Below, piece by piece: positions 18,031 through 28,175 of a DNA stretch of 64,000 nt; position 1 is the first letter of the stretch; the number at the start of each line of letters is the position of its first letter. Location of the stretch: IMG/VR virus record IMGVR_UViG_3300020204_004581; one strand, written 5' to 3'. The stretch comes from a virus. The position numbers and the translations under genes were made by a program. Below the pieces are notes generated by a model. The model had not been told where the DNA came from, did no database searches, and was given only the letters and a program-made list of their open reading frames with translations.

Positions 18031-21000
18031 TTAGATATTTTCGAATGTAGCACCTGCCGGTGTAATCAAAAACTCAATATCAATAAATTCAAGAGCTTTA
18101 GTTGGTTTGAGAAAAATCTTACCCGATAATGTATTTCTATCAAGATCCTCAGGTGAAGAAGAAACGGTCACACGGAAGTCGTACACACCTCTGTCTCTTC
18201 TGATTGAGTCCATAATAGGGTTAACACTATCCAAGAATTGTTGTCTTACAATTTCATCGTTTTGCTCGAACAACAATCTAACTGCTACAGCGGAAATCAA
18301 CTTACGAGCTTGTAGTAACAGTCTTCTAACGTTCAATCTGTCAAGAGCAGAGTCAGCAATTTGAAGTGTTTTGTTACCAAAAATTACAGTACCTACATCT
18401 GAAAAAGTCGCGATTGGGTTAATTCTTCCTTGATAAAGAGTGTCTCTATCCTCTTGAGTTAACTTGATCCGAGCCTTAATTGAATTTACCAAACCTCTTG
18501 TGTAACCCGCAGATGCGTACCAAGGGAAAGCAATGTTGTCAGTCAAAGCTAAGTTTCTACAAACCTCACCCGTTGCAGGGATGTAAAGTTGTGTGTTATT
18601 TACTGTGTCTCTTGTTAAGATCCAAGGATAGTAGGTAGCAGTGTAATTAGAATCTATACCTGTTTCTTCCAAATTGTTAACCGCCTCAGTTGGGTAAATT
18701 AAACCAATGTTATCGTATGTTGTTGGAAGGAACATATCGTAGTCAGGAGTAGTACAGATATAGATAGAATCTGCTCTGTCGTCCTCAACCATGTCTACAG
18801 CATATTCAACTAGACCGCTGTTATTCACATAATCGATACCTGGAGAAACAAAAACATTAATGTTTGTAGCCTCAGGATTAGCAAAAGTCGCAATACCAAG
18901 TTGGTAAGCGTAGAAATCACTGTTTCCCCAATTTGATACCAAGTCACCATAAGCATAGTCTCTGAAAGCACCCCAACCAGTAGCTGTAGGATATCTTGAG
19001 GTTGGACAAGCACCTTTGAGGTAACCTGAAGCACCTAAGATATATTCATCTGTATTGGTTCTTGATTCTCTGTAGATATCCCATCCATCAAATCCACCAG
19101 CAAAACATATTGTGAATTTTCTAGCAAAGATTCTATAGTAAGGGTTTGTAGGAGAGGTAGGTTCAGAGTTGAAACTTGCAACACCAACTTCGAAAGCTGA
19201 TTGACCACTTGTCATAAACGTATTTGCAATTTCCACAACAGTTGCGCCTGAGTCCATGTGGAAACCTTTTGTTCTATAATTGAAAGGTGTCTCAACATTT
19301 GTATCACAATGATCAGAAATATTTTGATACCCTTTAAACTGTAAAAGCGATTCATCAATACCTAATGTATTTGAGAAACCTAAAAATGTTCTTCTAACAT
19401 TATCACCCGAACTTGTAACAACATTTGAACCACCATTTGTCGTACCAAAAGGAGGATTGTAAATTACTTGACCAGGGAAATAGTAAGCTGTTTTATAAAT
19501 CGGTATAGGTGATTGATTATTTCCTGAATAATCTCTCATATTATATCCTTCGAATCCACAAGGAAGTGCATCAATAGGATATTCTTCTGAGAGCTCAACC
19601 ATAATGTATGCCGAATTCAAAGGATACTCACCATCAGACGATCCAATCTTTTTAGCAACAAATGAGTTAGATGCTGGATCCATAGTACAGTTCGTGAATT
19701 TTTCAAGAACCACAGGATTAGCATCAGTATCGAAGAAAGATCTAACCACGATATCAAATGTCGAGTTGTTGAACGACATGTTCATGATAGAAATTTTTAC
19801 CTGTGTATTTGCTGCGTCTCCGTCAGAAATAGAAACAAACTTGAATAGATTGTAAACTTTATTACCTCTAAGTTCCGAAACCACATACGGTGTTGTTGGA
19901 CTTTGATATTCAAATAAGTTATTTGCGATTGAAGAAATATTTCCACCTCGTGCTTCAGGAAGTGATACGAAGTCTGGAACAATACCACGGATATAACCGT
20001 TATTGTATGACCAGTTCAACATTGTTTGATATATCTCCTCAACAAAGACGGGGATATCCAACCTCGACTTAGAAAAGTTAGAAACACTTAATACTTTGGT
20101 TATGTATTCGGAATCGGAAGATTGGAATGATGTTTCGATTGAGAAAACATCACCTTCATATGTCTCACCTGTTATCGCGAATGTTGCATACGGGTTTGAA
20201 GTTAGACCTGAGTATGACCCAGAGGTGTCCAAACCAAGATCTGTTGAGCCTGTTACTTGATATCTCGGGCCTGCTGTGGTCGCGTTATAAAGAGATATAC
20301 CTCTTGACCTCAAAGTAGCGACAACTAAGTTGTCGTACTCAGAGAAAGACGTACCTGAATAGGTATAAATAGTTCCACTCATAGCACCTGAAAAAATTTC
20401 ATATGTTGCTGAAGTTCCACCAGTTACTTTTGAACAGTAGGTTAAGAATGAATACCCTGTGTAACTATTTGTTGTAAGATCTGGTTTGTCAAATGTTGCA
20501 TAATACCACTCATCATTTGTCTCTGCTGAGTATACTATGGTTGAATTATCCACATCACTACAATCAAACACGTTTTCTACAGTGTATGAAGATGGATCAA
20601 AATCAGATGTATCAATAGCCCCGTACACATACAAACTATCTCCTGAAGTAGCACCCGAGGCATTAGCAATACCCATAATTTGAGATTCAATATCCTCTCT
20701 CAAAGAAGAGACAGAACCGTCGTTCTGAGTGTAAGGTATATCAAGAGTATCGAAGATAATGTCTGGTACTGTTGACCCTGTCGGCGATGTAGACGCGAGC
20801 TGAGTTATTGTAATTGTTCCACCACTGTTACCTGAGAAGGTGAAAGCGAAGTCAACAGGAGATCCCGAAGTTCCAATTGTTGATTGATCGACATTAGCTA
20901 TTGTTGTGAAAGACCAAGAGGGTCCCGCATCATATCCTGATAGACCAAGAACTCTTGTCACGAACAATTGGTTCGATTGTTGAAGATACGACTTAGCGAT

Positions 21001-21237
21001 GTAAGCCGCTTCATATTTAGGTATTTGAGTGTTAACAAATTTCTCGGGGGACGTTGGACCAAAAAGAGCTTGGAACTGATCGAAACTTGTTATAAAAATT
21101 GGTTCGAAGGCTGGACCAGTCAAGGTTTCACCAACGATACCTAAAGTGGTTACTCCCACACTCTGAGATATGAATGATAAATCAGTCTCTCTGGTGTAAA
21201 CACCAGGTGATACGAATACTTTTTGTGCTGTTGCCAT
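18031..21237 (-). CDS. Contractile tail sheath protein (gp18-like)
   Basis: SPGVYTRETDLS...GPAFEP at the N-terminus; PWYASAGYTRG...LYQGRINPI...GNKTLQ...LDRLNVRRLL...IFLKPTKALEFIDIEF at the C-terminus. Confidence 0.95.
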   Translation of the reverse strand: MATAQKVFVSPGVYTRETDLSFISQSVGVTTLGIVGETLTGPAFEPIFITSFDQFQALFGPTSPEKFVNTQIPKYEAAYIAKSYLQQSNQLFVTRVLGLSGYDAGPSWSFTTIANVDQSTIGTSGSPVDFAFTFSGNSGGTITITQLASTSPTGSTVPDIIFDTLDIPYTQNDGSVSSLREDIESQIMGIANASGATSGDSLYVYGAIDTSDFDPSSYTVENVFDCSDVDNSTIVYSAETNDEWYYATFDKPDLTTNSYTGYSFLTYCSKVTGGTSATYEIFSGAMSGTIYTYSGTSFSEYDNLVVATLRSRGISLYNATTAGPRYQVTGSTDLGLDTSGSYSGLTSNPYATFAITGETYEGDVFSIETSFQSSDSEYITKVLSVSNFSKSRLDIPVFVEEIYQTMLNWSYNNGYIRGIVPDFVSLPEARGGNISSIANNLFEYQSPTTPYVVSELRGNKVYNLFKFVSISDGDAANTQVKISIMNMSFNNSTFDIVVRSFFDTDANPVVLEKFTNCTMDPASNSFVAKKIGSSDGEYPLNSAYIMVELSEEYPIDALPCGFEGYNMRDYSGNNQSPIPIYKTAYYFPGQVIYNPPFGTTNGGSNVVTSSGDNVRRTFLGFSNTLGIDESLLQFKGYQNISDHCDTNVETPFNYRTKGFHMDSGATVVEIANTFMTSGQSAFEVGVASFNSEPTSPTNPYYRIFARKFTICFAGGFDGWDIYRESRTNTDEYILGASGYLKGACPTSRYPTATGWGAFRDYAYGDLVSNWGNSDFYAYQLGIATFANPEATNINVFVSPGIDYVNNSGLVEYAVDMVEDDRADSIYICTTPDYDMFLPTTYDNIGLIYPTEAVNNLEETGIDSNYTATYYPWILTRDTVNNTQLYIPATGEVCRNLALTDNIAFPWYASAGYTRGLVNSIKARIKLTQEDRDTLYQGRINPIATFSDVGTVIFGNKTLQIADSALDRLNVRRLLLQARKLISAVAVRLLFEQNDEIVRQQFLDSVNPIMDSIRRDRGVYDFRVTVSSSPEDLDRNTLSGKIFLKPTKALEFIDIEFLITPAGATFENI

Positions 21238-21355
21238 TATTAAAAGGTTCTAGTTGAATTTATTTTATTCATAAATATTAAATTAAAGACAAAAATCTTT
21301 GTTCCTGAATATGTATTTGTAAATCAGGATATTTAATTCTGCCTTTTTTCTGCCT

Positions 21356-21529
21356 ATGAAAACACCCCCTAAATCGAACAAAGAGATAAAGAATATAAAA
21401 ATCTCAATAGAGTCTCACGAAAGATTGAGAAGATACTGTGATAAGAGGGGTTTGAAAATTTACAAATTCTTGGAAAACCTCATAATGGAGAGATGCAAAG
21501 AAAAGACTGACCTTTACGGCGAGGATTAG
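21356..21529 (+). CDS. Small ribbon-helix-helix-like DNA-binding protein
   Basis: Not in ORF track (57 aa): MKTPPKSNKEIKNIKISIESHERLRRYCDKRGLKIYKFLENLIMERCKEKTDLYGED. Alternating beta-strand followed by helix-G-helix. Confidence 0.6.
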   Translation: MKTPPKSNKEIKNIKISIESHERLRRYCDKRGLKIYKFLENLIMERCKEKTDLYGED

Positions 21530-22566
21530 AGTAGTTTAGCAATATACTCCAAAGATGACACTGCAGATGCGTCCTCAGGTATTATCTCGAATCTTACCGT
21601 ATCTCCTGATGTGATTTGAATTGTGGAAACATCTTGACCATAATAATAGTCATTCAGGTAGACATCCCAAGTTTCAAGGTTTATTTTACTATTAAAATTT
21701 AGATTCGCAGTGTATTTGAAATTCTCAGTATATCCTGTTTCACCGACACTAAAATTAAAAGTCAGAGGAAATTCTGTTGCGTTCTCTGGATATATCTTTT
21801 TTGGCTTTCTTCTTTTGAAATTACTTGTTTCTATAAGTTGGACCGTTCTTGAAATTGCTGGTTTTACCTGAAATTCTTCCTCATCTATTAAGAATCCCAT
21901 CATTAAAAAATCATAATTTTGAATATAATATTTTCTCTTGTCTAATTCTAAGACAGACTCATTAGAAACGTTCTGTAATATGATTGGAACAAAATGTCCT
22001 TTTACAAAAGTATAAGCCTGACGAGAAGCAAACTTCTGCATTACAATCTTATTTAGTTGGTTCAACTCACGCATCCTATTACACATAAACTTTAGACTAT
22101 AAATTATATCAACTGGCACTGGTTGAGGTATAGTGTATATGTCAATTCCTTTCCTTTGACCGTCCCACGTTGGGACTGTTGCAAAATAATACTGTCTTCT
22201 GTTCGGTATATTGTAAATAAGTGATGGATTTGATCCGTATTTGACATCTGGATTTCTAACAACAGTCATGAAAGGAACCTTGACGTTTTTATCTAAATCA
22301 CTAAAGTTCCAAGTCTCAGTAAACTGTGACCAATTCTGAGTTGTAATTATAATATCAACAACTGGCACCACCTTTCCTGATGTTACAGTCTCAAGATCTT
22401 TCTTCACAAAATCTAACATACCTCTATCCAAATCAGCGTGTAAAACAGACTTGGGTAAAAAAGTACCATCTCTTGTAATGTAATCCAAAAGCTGTTCCCT
22501 ACGAGCTAAAAGCTCTTTCTGAGGTACTAAATCAATTTTCTTTTTTACTTGTTTGGGAAACGGCAT
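21526..22566 (-). CDS. Tail terminator/completion protein (gp15-like)
   Basis: QPVPVDIIYSLKFMCNRMRELNQLNKIVMQKF motif; directly upstream of the sheath gene. Confidence 0.6.
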   Translation of the reverse strand: MPFPKQVKKKIDLVPQKELLARREQLLDYITRDGTFLPKSVLHADLDRGMLDFVKKDLETVTSGKVVPVVDIIITTQNWSQFTETWNFSDLDKNVKVPFMTVVRNPDVKYGSNPSLIYNIPNRRQYYFATVPTWDGQRKGIDIYTIPQPVPVDIIYSLKFMCNRMRELNQLNKIVMQKFASRQAYTFVKGHFVPIILQNVSNESVLELDKRKYYIQNYDFLMMGFLIDEEEFQVKPAISRTVQLIETSNFKRRKPKKIYPENATEFPLTFNFSVGETGYTENFKYTANLNFNSKINLETWDVYLNDYYYGQDVSTIQITSGDTVRFEIIPEDASAVSSLEYIAKLL

Positions 22567-22989
22567 TTATGGTTCTATTAAATGGATTTTATTTTTAGCG
22601 TTAATCAAAGCAACTTCTGATGCGTGATATATTGGCTCTTGTGTAGATTTGATTACAAAAGAATCATTAATGTATGGGTCATATGAAATAATTTCCGATT
22701 GGTCCATGTTTGGAATATTTTCACAATTTTGCACACAATAATCCTCGATTGTCCCAATCACAAATGCATGAACGTTTTTTGATTTATCTTTTCTTACTCT
22801 CTCCCTACCACCTTTTCTCACACGAAACTCAACGTCATACAAATAAACGTAATCGGCGTGTAAGACAACAATACCATTTTTTTGAACCGAGAACGTATGT
22901 TTGTGTAAATTATAGTAAACCATAACTTTTTGACCAAGTATGTTGTCACGGAGCAAAGACTCTTGTGATTCTGAAATTAAATAAATCAT
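22567..22989 (-). CDS. Conserved phage hypothetical protein with an N-terminal leader
   Basis: VYYNLHKHTFSV...FRVRKGGRERV...KNVHAFVIG...SYDPY is a motif recurrent in phage hypotheticals; preceded by MIYLISESQESLL. Confidence 0.6.
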   Translation of the reverse strand: MIYLISESQESLLRDNILGQKVMVYYNLHKHTFSVQKNGIVVLHADYVYLYDVEFRVRKGGRERVRKDKSKNVHAFVIGTIEDYCVQNCENIPNMDQSEIISYDPYINDSFVIKSTQEPIYHASEVALINAKNKIHLIEP

Positions 22990-23498
22990 AAACCTCTGAA
23001 CTCGTTATCGTTTACATAAGTGGCAACTATTGTTCTGTAGAACGGCTTGTAACCACCATAAGTGTGTTTATTGTCTGAGTTAACCCTTCCATCATCAACA
23101 ACACTATAATATCTGACTCTATTTTCAGTCTCATAATATCCTATGTAGTCTCCAAAATCTATAGAGATCTCTAAATCGTCCAAGGTCTTTTGATAAACTG
23201 AAATCTGAATATTTCCCGGTTCAGATTGCGTAATTCTTGACCCACCCAGCATCGTGTTTGTTGGTATAAGAACCTTAACATATCCCTTAAACTCAACGGG
23301 AGGTAAGAATTGAATACCGTCTTGTAGAGCTTCTCCGTATACGTCATCTGTCTTTGTCTTTTTCTTATCAACCTTGTATAACACCAAAGTAAAATTCATG
23401 TCACCTTCCAACCACTCTTCACCCATACCGATATCAAGTGCGTAGTCTTCTCCACCAAAGAACTTACCTAACCTTGTAATTGGGACCTGTCTTTCCAT
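22986..23498 (-). CDS. Head-closure/neck protein (gp14-like)
   Basis: LYKVDKKKTKTDDVYGEA...FLPPVE...GDYIGY. Start at 23498 follows a TATTTAT motif. Confidence 0.6.
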   Translation of the reverse strand: MERQVPITRLGKFFGGEDYALDIGMGEEWLEGDMNFTLVLYKVDKKKTKTDDVYGEALQDGIQFLPPVEFKGYVKVLIPTNTMLGGSRITQSEPGNIQISVYQKTLDDLEISIDFGDYIGYYETENRVRYYSVVDDGRVNSDNKHTYGGYKPFYRTIVATYVNDNEFRGL

Positions 23499-23500
23499 TG

Positions 23501-23531
23501 TTGATAAATACATCGGAAAGAATTATATTTG
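23501..23531 (+). promoter_or_regulatory. Early/host-type promoter for the SET remnant and SNF2 helicase
   Basis: TTGATA-17 nt-TATATTTG; the downstream element matches the Bacteroidota TAnnTTTG consensus. Confidence 0.6.
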
Positions 23532-23545
23532 TTTTCAAAAATGAT

Positions 23546-23686
23546 ATGAAAATAAACCCACCAACCAAAATATACTTGAATAATAGTCCAATACATGGTT
23601 TAGGTGTGATTGCCTCAGATAGTATAAAGATGTCGGGTGTGATAGAAATATGTCCTATAGTTGAGATGAATTTTATTGGGGCATGA
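23546..23686 (+). pseudogene. Truncated SET-domain protein (N-terminal fragment)
   Basis: KIYLNNSPIHGLGVIASDSIK..VIEICP matches the SET N-terminal motif; stops after 46 aa with no NHS/ELxxDY motifs. Confidence 0.6.
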
Positions 23687-23711
23687 TTAAAAAAAATAAG
23701 GTAGAGAACAA

Positions 23712-25466
23712 ATGAGTGACATATCAATAGAATCGAAAGCCCTTTCTTTATTAGAGATCTATGAAGGATCCAACAATTACATTCAAGAACTCAAACGCAA
23801 ATTTAAACTTAACAGGAAATTTTATCCAACGAGAAGTCAATCTGAATATATTATAAACAACCACGACAAACCACCAAAGGTTGCGAAGAAATGGGCGATG
23901 CTTGACACATATTTCGCACAAAAACTGGCAAACGATAAATTATACACACAGATACCTGAAAAGATTTGGGTGGAAAAGTTATTAGCCGAGAAAGAGAAAG
24001 CTTATCATATATGGGGTAAATTTTTTGAAACTGAATCACTTCATGAATTTTGGTTACCAAAGGCCGCAGTGATAAAAGACCACACAGTAAAAGATGTAAA
24101 AATAGATTATGAAAAATATTCAAATAGACCACCGCTTGCTCATCAGAAAGAAGCCATTCAAAAGTTGGTCGAAAATAAAAGATATGTGCTTGCAGATGAT
24201 ATGGGTCTTGGCAAAACCACCTCTACCATTATAGCGGCTTTAGAAGCTAAGGCCAAGAAGATCCTGATTATCTGTCCCGCAAGTTTGAAGATAAATTGGC
24301 AGAGAGAAATCGAAAATTACTCAAAAAAATCAATTTATATTTCAGAAGGTAAGAACTTCAGCAAAGATCATGATTTCGTTATTATAAATTACGACATTAT
24401 AAAAAATTTCCATGACCCTAAAAAGAAAGATGATTCGCAAATTCTTAATGCCGGTTTTGATTTGGTTGTTATTGATGAAGCACACTATATCAAAAATCCT
24501 CAAGCCCAAAGAACAAAACTAATCAACGACTTTGTTAAAAGAGTTGACAGACTTTGGTTATTAACCGGTACTCCCATGACCTCAAGACCCATAGATTATT
24601 ATAATCTGTTGAACCTTGTGGATTCTCCTGTTGCAAAAAACTGGATGGCGTATGTTATCCGATACTGTGAGGGATATCAATTCAAAGTTGGGGCTAGAAA
24701 AGTTTGGAACGTTATGGGTGCATCCAATCTTGAGGAACTAAGAGACAGAACCTCCAATTTGGTACTAAGGAGACTAAAGGAAAATGTTTTAGATCTACCT
24801 GATAAAATTATTACTCCTGTTTACCTGAGATTAAAATCAAAAAAATATGAGGAAGTAATGGGTGACTACTACAATTGGTATGAAAAAAACCCTGACGAAA
24901 GCAAATCTCTTACCGTTCAATTTACTAAACTGACAGAAGTTAGGCAAGTTATTGCAGATGAAAAAATATTGAACACAATCGAACTCGCAGAAAATATTAT
25001 TGAACAGGGAAAGAAGGTAATAATATTTTGTAATTTCACAAACTCCTTAGAAAAAATAATAGAACACTTCGGTAAATCTGCAGTAAGATTAGATGGATCA
25101 ATGTCCAAACCCGACCGACAAAATAGTGTTGATAGATTTCAGAACGATGATAAAGTAAAAGTATTTGTTGGAAACATTAAAGCTGCAGGAGTTGGTATTA
25201 CTTTAACAGCCGCTGAAGCTGTTATAATGAATGACCTGTCTTTTTTGCCTTCAGACCACTCACAAGCTGAAGACCGAGCTTATAGATACGGTCAAAAAAA
25301 CAATGTGTTAGTATATTATCCAATATTTGAAAATACTATCGAAGGTATCATTTACGACATTCTAAATAACAAAAAACAAGTTATTGCTACGGTCATGGGT
25401 GATTTAAAAAATGATGTCGATATTGTAGAAGAAATCATGAAACAAATTAATGAACGTAGACAATAA
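23712..25466 (+). CDS. SNF2-family helicase/translocase (SMARCAL1/HARP-like)
   Basis: LADDMGLGKT, DEAH, LLTGTP, LRRLK, AAGVGITLT, QAEDRAYRYGQ. Confidence 0.92.
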   Translation: MSDISIESKALSLLEIYEGSNNYIQELKRKFKLNRKFYPTRSQSEYIINNHDKPPKVAKKWAMLDTYFAQKLANDKLYTQIPEKIWVEKLLAEKEKAYHIWGKFFETESLHEFWLPKAAVIKDHTVKDVKIDYEKYSNRPPLAHQKEAIQKLVENKRYVLADDMGLGKTTSTIIAALEAKAKKILIICPASLKINWQREIENYSKKSIYISEGKNFSKDHDFVIINYDIIKNFHDPKKKDDSQILNAGFDLVVIDEAHYIKNPQAQRTKLINDFVKRVDRLWLLTGTPMTSRPIDYYNLLNLVDSPVAKNWMAYVIRYCEGYQFKVGARKVWNVMGASNLEELRDRTSNLVLRRLKENVLDLPDKIITPVYLRLKSKKYEEVMGDYYNWYEKNPDESKSLTVQFTKLTEVRQVIADEKILNTIELAENIIEQGKKVIIFCNFTNSLEKIIEHFGKSAVRLDGSMSKPDRQNSVDRFQNDDKVKVFVGNIKAAGVGITLTAAEAVIMNDLSFLPSDHSQAEDRAYRYGQKNNVLVYYPIFENTIEGIIYDILNNKKQVIATVMGDLKNDVDIVEEIMKQINERRQ

Positions 25467-25502
25467 CGAACTTATGGATTATTTATAGAATAATCGAATG
25501 TT

Positions 25503-27038
25503 ATGAATAAAATAGAACAGAAGATTGAACAACTTGAAAAACAAATCACAGAAACACACATCAATGAAGAGACTCAGTTGTTAATCACAGAAATGAAAAA
25601 AATAGGAATAGAAAAATTACCTTATTCTTACTCAGCCCTCAAAAACTTCATCGATGCTGAAACGATGAATTTTCACTACAACAAACATTATAAAGGGTAC
25701 GTAGATAAATTAAACGACGCATTAGCCAAAAAAAAATATGGTGATCTTGATCTTGAAAAGATAATCAAATCTATTTCAAGATATGACAAAACAATCCGTA
25801 ACAATGCTGGTGGAGCATTCAATCATGCACTTTTTTGGAACATGCTTTCTCCCAAGCCAATGAAATTGAATGGGCCACTTGAGGATAAATTGAAAAAAGA
25901 GTTTAAATCCTTCAACAATTTTAAAAAAGAGTTTGAAACTGTAGCCAAAGAAAGATTTGGATCGGGGTGGGTGTGGTTGGTTTTGACTAGTCAAAACAAA
26001 TTAAAAATTATGTCAACACCAAACCAAGACAATCCGTTAATGAATATAATTGAAGGTGGTGGTTTTCCTTTATTGGGATTGGACCTTTGGGAACATGCAT
26101 ATTATTTGAAATACAAAAACAAAAGAGATGAATATATTTCAAACTTTTGGAAGGTTGTCAATTGGGATTTCGTGTCAAAAATGTATGATATGAAAATCGA
26201 AACAAGATTAGCCGAGTCAATCAAACTAAAGGAAATTATAATGGAAGGCAAATCTGAAAAATGTACACCAAATGAAATGGAAACTATCAGACTAATGTTC
26301 AACATAAACAAAGATATAGAAAAAATATACAAAGAAAGTATTGACAGGATTTTGAAAGAGGTATTCAATGAAAATTGGGCAGATAAAGACAACGAAGGAA
26401 ATATGTCAGGTGTTTACTTTTTAGAACAACCAGGAAGATCAGTTATCAACAAACTAAACACAAATTACACAACTTTTTGCATTCTTATTAAAGATATTAA
26501 TAAAATAATTCAAAACTTTCACCCTGAAAAACCCCAAATAAATTTTGTTGGAAAAACCCCAACTGAACAGGTTATGGAGGTTAAGAGGTTTGTAAAAGCG
26601 ATAGATTACTTTAAGTTCAAAATATTTGATCCATCAAGCTTAACACTTCAAAATATAATGAGATCCTTGACAGAAACGGATGCGGCTGGTGAAAAAAGAG
26701 AGGAAATTACGGCATCTATTTTGGGAAAATTTTTTGGACCATCCGTTGAAATTTTCAAAGTGGGTGGGCTGGGTGAAAAGGAAGACATGATTCAAGGGGT
26801 TGATTTGAAAATAAAAAAAGACGGAAAAGAATATACTGGCCAAGTTAAGCCATTTAGAGAAAGAATTGATAAGGAACCTAACATAATATTGAAAGGCACA
26901 GGAAAAGTAAAAACCTACAATACAGATTGGATGATTTTCCAAAAAGGAAGGAACGTTTTAGTGTTTAACAAGAAACCAAGAATTATATCAGGCAACTTTG
27001 TATTTCCATCAGATTCATTGGTCTACGATATAAAATAA
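25503..27038 (+). CDS. sod: Mn/Fe superoxide dismutase with N-terminal extension and C-terminal PD-(D/E)xK-like domain
   Basis: LPYSYSAL...HYNKH, NNAGGAFNHALFW, FGSGW, NQDNP, DLWEHAYY; about 270 extra C-terminal residues. Confidence 0.9.
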   Translation: MNKIEQKIEQLEKQITETHINEETQLLITEMKKIGIEKLPYSYSALKNFIDAETMNFHYNKHYKGYVDKLNDALAKKKYGDLDLEKIIKSISRYDKTIRNNAGGAFNHALFWNMLSPKPMKLNGPLEDKLKKEFKSFNNFKKEFETVAKERFGSGWVWLVLTSQNKLKIMSTPNQDNPLMNIIEGGGFPLLGLDLWEHAYYLKYKNKRDEYISNFWKVVNWDFVSKMYDMKIETRLAESIKLKEIIMEGKSEKCTPNEMETIRLMFNINKDIEKIYKESIDRILKEVFNENWADKDNEGNMSGVYFLEQPGRSVINKLNTNYTTFCILIKDINKIIQNFHPEKPQINFVGKTPTEQVMEVKRFVKAIDYFKFKIFDPSSLTLQNIMRSLTETDAAGEKREEITASILGKFFGPSVEIFKVGGLGEKEDMIQGVDLKIKKDGKEYTGQVKPFRERIDKEPNIILKGTGKVKTYNTDWMIFQKGRNVLVFNKKPRIISGNFVFPSDSLVYDIK

Positions 27039-27062
27039 CTTTAAGAAAGTATTTATATTATT

Positions 27063-28175
27063 ATGCCAGTAATCGGGGAACCAGATAGAGGTCGAATTTA
27101 TACTAGAGTCAAACATCTACTCGGTGCACCACTTCGTTCAGTTGAATTGGAAGATGAGATGATGGACTCATTAATGGAATTGTCTATTCAAGATTATACA
27201 CAATATACTTTGGATTGGTTGATTGAGTCTCAATGGGTTAATCTTGTAAATTTAAACATGGATGAGAAATCTGTAGCAAAAGCTTTGATAACAAGAACTA
27301 TGGACTTCGAAAATCAGTTTACTTACGCATATTCGAAAATTGTGGGTCTACAAACATCAGGTCCCTATGTTCTGAAGAAAGATTATATCACACTTTCAGC
27401 AAATACACAACTATATGAAATTCCAGCAGGACGCGAGGTGAACGAAGTTTTATGGTTTTCATCAGCTGAGTTAACGAACGTACTATTCGACCCATGGTCT
27501 ATGGGATTCATAGGTGGACCCGGTCTTGGAGGACCGGCGGGTTATTCACAAATGGGATATAGTGGATCGTATTTTATGATGCCTGCCTTCGACATGTTAT
27601 TGCGACTCCAAGAAATTAATATTCAAAGCCGTATTTTAGGTGGGGAATTAACTTACAGAATTACAGGATTACCTGACGGAAAAAAGTTGTTACAACTTTA
27701 CAACGTACCAGGTGGAAAGTTCGATTTCGGTAACTTCGGGTTCAATCAATATCGTGTGTGGTATTGGTATTATGACGTAGGACCCGAAGATAGAGCAGCT
27801 TGTTTGAAAGCGAATCCTGATATAATAAAACTTCCATCTGATGTTCCTTTGGAAACATTGGAGTGGGAAGATCTTAACGTGCCAGCACAGCAATGGGTGA
27901 GGAGATGGTTCACCGCCTACTGTAAAGAGACCTTAGCAAGAGTAAGGGGAAAGTATAGTGGTAACCTCAAAACACCTGACTCTGAAATTACAATGGATTA
28001 CCAAAGCCTTCTGACTGAATCTAAAGACGAAAAAACTAAGCTTGAAGAAGAACTGAAACTCAGATTAGAACGTCTGCGTCCTGAAAAGGTTATGGAGAAA
28101 GAAGCTCTGACAGCTGAGAATCTTAACAAACAAATGAGATACAGAGCGTTGCCAAGACAAATTTATGTTATCTAA
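27063..28175 (+). CDS. Neck/head-tail adaptor protein (gp13-like)
   Basis: RVKHLLGAPLRSVELEDEMMD...WVRRWFTAYCKETLARVRGKYSG. Confidence 0.7.
   Translation: MPVIGEPDRGRIYTRVKHLLGAPLRSVELEDEMMDSLMELSIQDYTQYTLDWLIESQWVNLVNLNMDEKSVAKALITRTMDFENQFTYAYSKIVGLQTSGPYVLKKDYITLSANTQLYEIPAGREVNEVLWFSSAELTNVLFDPWSMGFIGGPGLGGPAGYSQMGYSGSYFMMPAFDMLLRLQEINIQSRILGGELTYRITGLPDGKKLLQLYNVPGGKFDFGNFGFNQYRVWYWYYDVGPEDRAACLKANPDIIKLPSDVPLETLEWEDLNVPAQQWVRRWFTAYCKETLARVRGKYSGNLKTPDSEITMDYQSLLTESKDEKTKLEEELKLRLERLRPEKVMEKEALTAENLNKQMRYRALPRQIYVI

Noticed and set aside
8571-21237. Bacterial contractile injection system (eCIS/T6SS/tailocin) instead of a phage
   Set aside because: Neck proteins, DNA polymerase, SSB, a phage sigma factor and phoH are interspersed, and no bacterial housekeeping context is present.
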